A stretch of 64,000 nt of DNA from an uncultured delta proteobacterium (GTDB lineage: Bacteria > Desulfobacterota > Desulfobacteria > Desulfobacterales > Desulfatirhabdiaceae). This document shows, one piece after another, positions 60,255 through 64,000 of this stretch. The DNA lies in NCBI GenBank assembly GCA_963789395.1, contig CAWBKP010000013.1, positions 128,001-192,000 on the forward strand, in the 5' to 3' direction. Position 1 is the stretch's first letter. Each line of letters begins with the position of its first letter. The translations under genes and the position numbers were made by a program. Under the pieces are notes generated by a model. That model saw nothing but the letters and a program-made list of their open reading frames with translations, ran no database searches and was not told the DNA's origin.

Positions 60255-62153
60255 TCACGGAATCACTTCTTCAGCCGGCAGGGATTCGGGTGAAAACGCT
60301 ATCGTCAACTCATACACCCCGCTGGAGAGGGTAGCTTTAACAGCCTGTCCGCCTTTTTCAAACACCTTCATCATGGATTTGTTGGAGGTGAGTACATCCG
60401 CGGTAAAGCCCTGAAGCCCGCGTTCCTTTGCCAGACGGATCAACATGGCATAGAGGTAGCTGGCGATGCCAAGGCCCTGGTATTTTTCGTCGACAACAAA
60501 GGCCACATCGCCGTACGGTTTTTCCCGATGTTTTATAAATCTGGCTTCGGCGATGATCTGGCCCTCGCCCGTATCACCGATGACACCCACAATGGACAGG
60601 GTCTCACGAAAATCGACATTTACATATTGCTGCATTTTGGCATGGGGCATGGTTTTAATGGGAGAAAAATACCGGTAATACACCCCCTTATCGGAAAACC
60701 GGTAAAACAGGCGGCGCATTTCTTCTTCATCCGATGGACGGATGGCGCGAAATCTGACGGTTGTTCCCCCTTTGAAGGTATGCCGGGTGGATATTTCAGA
60801 CGGGTAGAGATGCGCGCTTTCAGCAATATAAATCTGGTCAGGATACAGAATGTTTTCCGCTTTGGCCTGTTCGATCAGTCCGGGCCGGTCATCGGGATGT
60901 GCGATTTCAATCAGCGCCTGTGCCCGTTCCCTCAGGGTCCGTCCTTTCAAAGATGCCACGCCATATTCGGTAACCACCAGGTTCACCGATTCCCGGATGC
61001 CGAGTTCATTGGGAAAATGCTCTACCGACAGCAGAATATTGGGCTCGTTTTTCAGGTTTCGGCTGGGAAGGGCAAATACGGTATAGCCGCCTCTTGAGAT
61101 TTCCGCTCCGTTCAGCATATCCATGGCCTCGCCCGGGCCGGCGGAGACATTCCCTTTGCCGATGTGAAAAGCGATCCGGCCGGAAATATCGACTTTCCGG
61201 GCCGGCAGAATCGCCACGAACCGGGGGTTTCGTCCGATCTGCATGGGACTGATCACCCGGTCTATTCCCTGAAACTCCACCAGCGGGTTTCGATTCAGCC
61301 AGGAGAGCATGGCCGGGGTTCCAAATCCGTAGCAGGCCAGGGATTTGCCGCGGAACGTGTTCTTGTAGCGGTTGGTGACAGCCCCGCTGGTCACCAGATC
61401 CATCAGCGCGTCTGTGAAAATGGCCGTGTGGATGCCAAGATGCCGCTTGCGGGACAGATGGGGGCTGAGGGCATCGAACAAGGACCCGATGGAATAAGCC
61501 AGGCAGCTGCCGTCTTCGATGATCGAAGCCACATTTTCCGCAACCCGGTCAATGATTTCATTCACCGGCCACCGGTCAAAATAGAGCGGCGGGTCTGTGG
61601 AATGCACGAGAAAATGAAAATCCGAAACCGGAACAAACGTATCGCCAAAGGTCTCTGGAATCAGGGAATTGATTTCTCCGATGACCAGAGAGGCCCGCTC
61701 CATGACTTGACGGGATACATCGCCCGCAATTCCGAGGCTGCAGTATCCGGCTTCATTTGGCGGCGTAATCTGAATAAAGGCGGCATCCACCGGAAGCTGG
61801 CCAGACTCGATGAGCAGGGGGATATCCGAAAACCGGCTGGGGATGAGATCCACGCGGCCTGTGGCGATTGCCTCTCCGGCCACCCAGCCGGAAAAAAAAG
61901 TTTTCAGGCGGTATCTTTGGGATTGAAGGGATTGAAGGGAAATGGCATCGCCGAAACTGACGATCTGAATCAGTTCCAGGTCCATCAGGTTTCCGGCCTC
62001 CGATGCCATCAGGTGTTTGACCAGGGTTCTCGGCTCACCTACGCCGGTTCCCAGAAATATGCTCATTCCCGGTTCAATCTGCGCCAGAGCCTTTTCCGGA
62101 GAAACCACGCGGTTCTGCCAGCCTGTTATCGGAGACATTGTCTGATCCATCAC
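60255..62153 (-). CDS. Acetyl-CoA hydrolase/CoA-transferase fused to a C-terminal GNAT domain
   Basis: IFLGTGVGEP, IQITPP..GYCSLG, VVTEYGVA.L.G, IAHPDDR, then FRAIRPSD...YQGLGIA...FTADVL..N..M..VF. Confidence 0.9.
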   Translation of the reverse strand: MMDQTMSPITGWQNRVVSPEKALAQIEPGMSIFLGTGVGEPRTLVKHLMASEAGNLMDLELIQIVSFGDAISLQSLQSQRYRLKTFFSGWVAGEAIATGRVDLIPSRFSDIPLLIESGQLPVDAAFIQITPPNEAGYCSLGIAGDVSRQVMERASLVIGEINSLIPETFGDTFVPVSDFHFLVHSTDPPLYFDRWPVNEIIDRVAENVASIIEDGSCLAYSIGSLFDALSPHLSRKRHLGIHTAIFTDALMDLVTSGAVTNRYKNTFRGKSLACYGFGTPAMLSWLNRNPLVEFQGIDRVISPMQIGRNPRFVAILPARKVDISGRIAFHIGKGNVSAGPGEAMDMLNGAEISRGGYTVFALPSRNLKNEPNILLSVEHFPNELGIRESVNLVVTEYGVASLKGRTLRERAQALIEIAHPDDRPGLIEQAKAENILYPDQIYIAESAHLYPSEISTRHTFKGGTTVRFRAIRPSDEEEMRRLFYRFSDKGVYYRYFSPIKTMPHAKMQQYVNVDFRETLSIVGVIGDTGEGQIIAEARFIKHREKPYGDVAFVVDEKYQGLGIASYLYAMLIRLAKERGLQGFTADVLTSNKSMMKVFEKGGQAVKATLSSGVYELTIAFSPESLPAEEVIP

Positions 62154-62170
62154 AATTGCGATTCCTGAAC

Positions 62171-63115
62171 TTATTGTTTATCGATCCGGGTCAATCCGGC
62201 TTCCAGAGCGTACTGAAGCGCTTTTGCATGTTCCTGCGGTGTGATCTGTCTGCGAAGCGATTTCATGCTTCCGATGTCGCCGCTGGGATGATACTGGGCC
62301 ATGACGTTGACATAAGTGTCCGCTGACACCTTCGTTGCAATAAATTTCATGATTTCAAGTGTTTCCGAAAGGCCGCCGGGCATGACCAGGTGGCGGATCA
62401 GCAGGCCTCTTCTGGCCAGGCCGGAAGCATCCATGACCAGGTCCCCGACCTGTCGATGCATTTCCACTATAGCCTTTCTGGCCGCATCGGGATAATCGGG
62501 CGCGCCGCACGTGATATCCGAAGTGCGCGGATCCCAGAACTTGAAATCCGGCATGTAGATATCCACAACACCATCCAGAATTTGAAGGGTTTCCACGGCG
62601 TCATAAGCGCTGGAGTTATAGATCAGGGGAAGCGACAGACCTCTTTCGGCTGCCAGCAGCACCGCGGAGAGAATCTGGGGAACGACATGCGAAGGCGTCA
62701 CGAAATTGATGTTGTGGCAGCCTTCTTTCTGGAGTTCCAGCATCATATTGGCCAGTTCCATCTCTGAAACCGGTTTTCCCATGCCCTTGTGGCTGATTTC
62801 AAAATTCTGGCAGAAATTGCACTTCAAATTGCAGTGGGTAAAAAAAATGGTTCCGGACCCATACCGGCCAACCAGTGGAGATTCTTCTCCAAAATGGGCG
62901 TGGTATCCGTAAACAATGGCCTGCTCCGTGGTCCGGCAAATGCCTTTTTCGCCCGCTTTCCGGTTGACCCGGCATTTTCGGGGGCACAGCGTGCAGGATT
63001 GAAGCATAGCTGCCGCCTGCTGAATCTTTTCCCGCAGCAGGCCTTTTCCCCAGGTCTGAATATAACAGGGGGCATCGGAGCTCATAAGGATATATCCGGT
63101 GATGCCATAGGGCAT
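62171..63115 (-). CDS. Radical SAM protein (PflX-like)
   Basis: CTLCPRKC, HFGEE, CNLKCNFCQN, NINFVTPSH, YMPDFK, RHLVMP. Confidence 0.9.
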   Translation of the reverse strand: MPYGITGYILMSSDAPCYIQTWGKGLLREKIQQAAAMLQSCTLCPRKCRVNRKAGEKGICRTTEQAIVYGYHAHFGEESPLVGRYGSGTIFFTHCNLKCNFCQNFEISHKGMGKPVSEMELANMMLELQKEGCHNINFVTPSHVVPQILSAVLLAAERGLSLPLIYNSSAYDAVETLQILDGVVDIYMPDFKFWDPRTSDITCGAPDYPDAARKAIVEMHRQVGDLVMDASGLARRGLLIRHLVMPGGLSETLEIMKFIATKVSADTYVNVMAQYHPSGDIGSMKSLRRQITPQEHAKALQYALEAGLTRIDKQ

Positions 63116-63380
63116 CCAATATTTCAGTTGACGAATTTTTGCCAGAACGGAAAGTCAGTTCAGTCGTTCATTAAAATAAAAGTTGACTATAATCGAGAAA
63201 CCTTCAGCCTGTCCACTTGAGTATCTACCCAATAATAAAGATATCATACAAAGTCAACAAAGGGAACTTGCCAGGCAGTTAAACATCGGGGATATCCCGG
63301 TTCCGGCACATAAATATATCGCTTTTTCAAAAGACATCGGATAAAGAAATAACGATCACCATCCGAGGAGACGTTCAGCC

Positions 63381-64000
63381 ATGATGCGTGTTTTCAGAAA
63401 TGATCTGATTGATTCCAATCAGTTTGTCGTTACACTGGAGCTGGTGCCGGGCCGAGAGCACGGGGGCAAATCCGTTGAAACGGTCATGCGGATTGCAGCC
63501 GATGCTTTTTCAGATGGCCGCATCTCTGCAGTGTCCATGACGGACAACCCCGGCGGGAACCCCTCGCTCAGCCCGGATGTTCTGGGATCTGAAATTTTCA
63601 AGCTCGGCATGGATGTGATCGTCCACTTCACCTGCCGGGACATGAATCGGGTCGGACTGGAAAGCCGGGCCCTTCAGCTTGCCATGATGGGCATGAAGAA
63701 TATCCTGGCGCTGACCGGAGACTATGCCGGGCAGGGATTTGCCGGGCAGGGGGCTCCGGTGTTTGACCTGGATTCGGTCACGATGCAGTGTCTGCTGGCC
63801 ATGCTGAGTGATCGCATCATGACAGCAGGGGATCCGGACGGTTTTTTCAGCGGCTGCGCCATTTCGCCGTTTAAATATACCGAAGCCGAGAGCTTTGCCC
63901 AGTACGCCAAATTGTGCCGCAAGACAAAGGCCGGCGCGCAGTTTATCATCACACAGCTTGGGTATGATGCGCGAAAATTTCAGGAGCTGATGCGGATACA
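63381..64000 (+). CDS. Methylenetetrahydrofolate reductase-family protein, partial (runs off the window edge)
   Basis: Not in the ORF track. GAGGAG RBS and ATG 63381 give VTLELVPG...SMTDNPGG...HFTCRDMNR..LES...NILALTGD...AGAQFIITQLGYD. Confidence 0.88.
   Translation, partial: MMRVFRNDLIDSNQFVVTLELVPGREHGGKSVETVMRIAADAFSDGRISAVSMTDNPGGNPSLSPDVLGSEIFKLGMDVIVHFTCRDMNRVGLESRALQLAMMGMKNILALTGDYAGQGFAGQGAPVFDLDSVTMQCLLAMLSDRIMTAGDPDGFFSGCAISPFKYTEAESFAQYAKLCRKTKAGAQFIITQLGYDARKFQELMRI

Overview
This window looks like chromosome from an anaerobic Desulfobacterota (Deltaproteobacteria-type) bacterium, inferred from gene content. It has four parts. (1) 1-13.4 kb is accessory DNA: small enzymes and transporters, degenerate integron attC-like sites and a REP-carrying MITE. 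(2) 13.7-24.5 kb is a complete class II (tungsten) benzoyl-CoA reductase operon, bamBCDEFGHI. Two in-frame UGA (selenocysteine) codons, in bamE and bamF, break those genes in the ORF track. (3) 24.5-34 kb is a minus-strand accessory block ending at tRNA-Val(CAC), with a Phd-VapC toxin-antitoxin pair, a decayed antitoxin and a mosaic of palindromic repeats. (4) 34-64 kb is mostly housekeeping: scpAB, thiolase, Mrp, efp, guaA, kdsB, aat-clpA-clpS-secA and a partial metF-like gene. The best candidate for an undescribed system lies just downstream of efp: a di-proline small ORF, then an overlapping Ddl-like ATP-grasp ligase / GNAT / tgt operon. Ten apparent frameshifts are visible, four of them a +G after GGC, so they are probably sequencing or assembly errors. 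All product calls come from motif recognition only; no searches were run.
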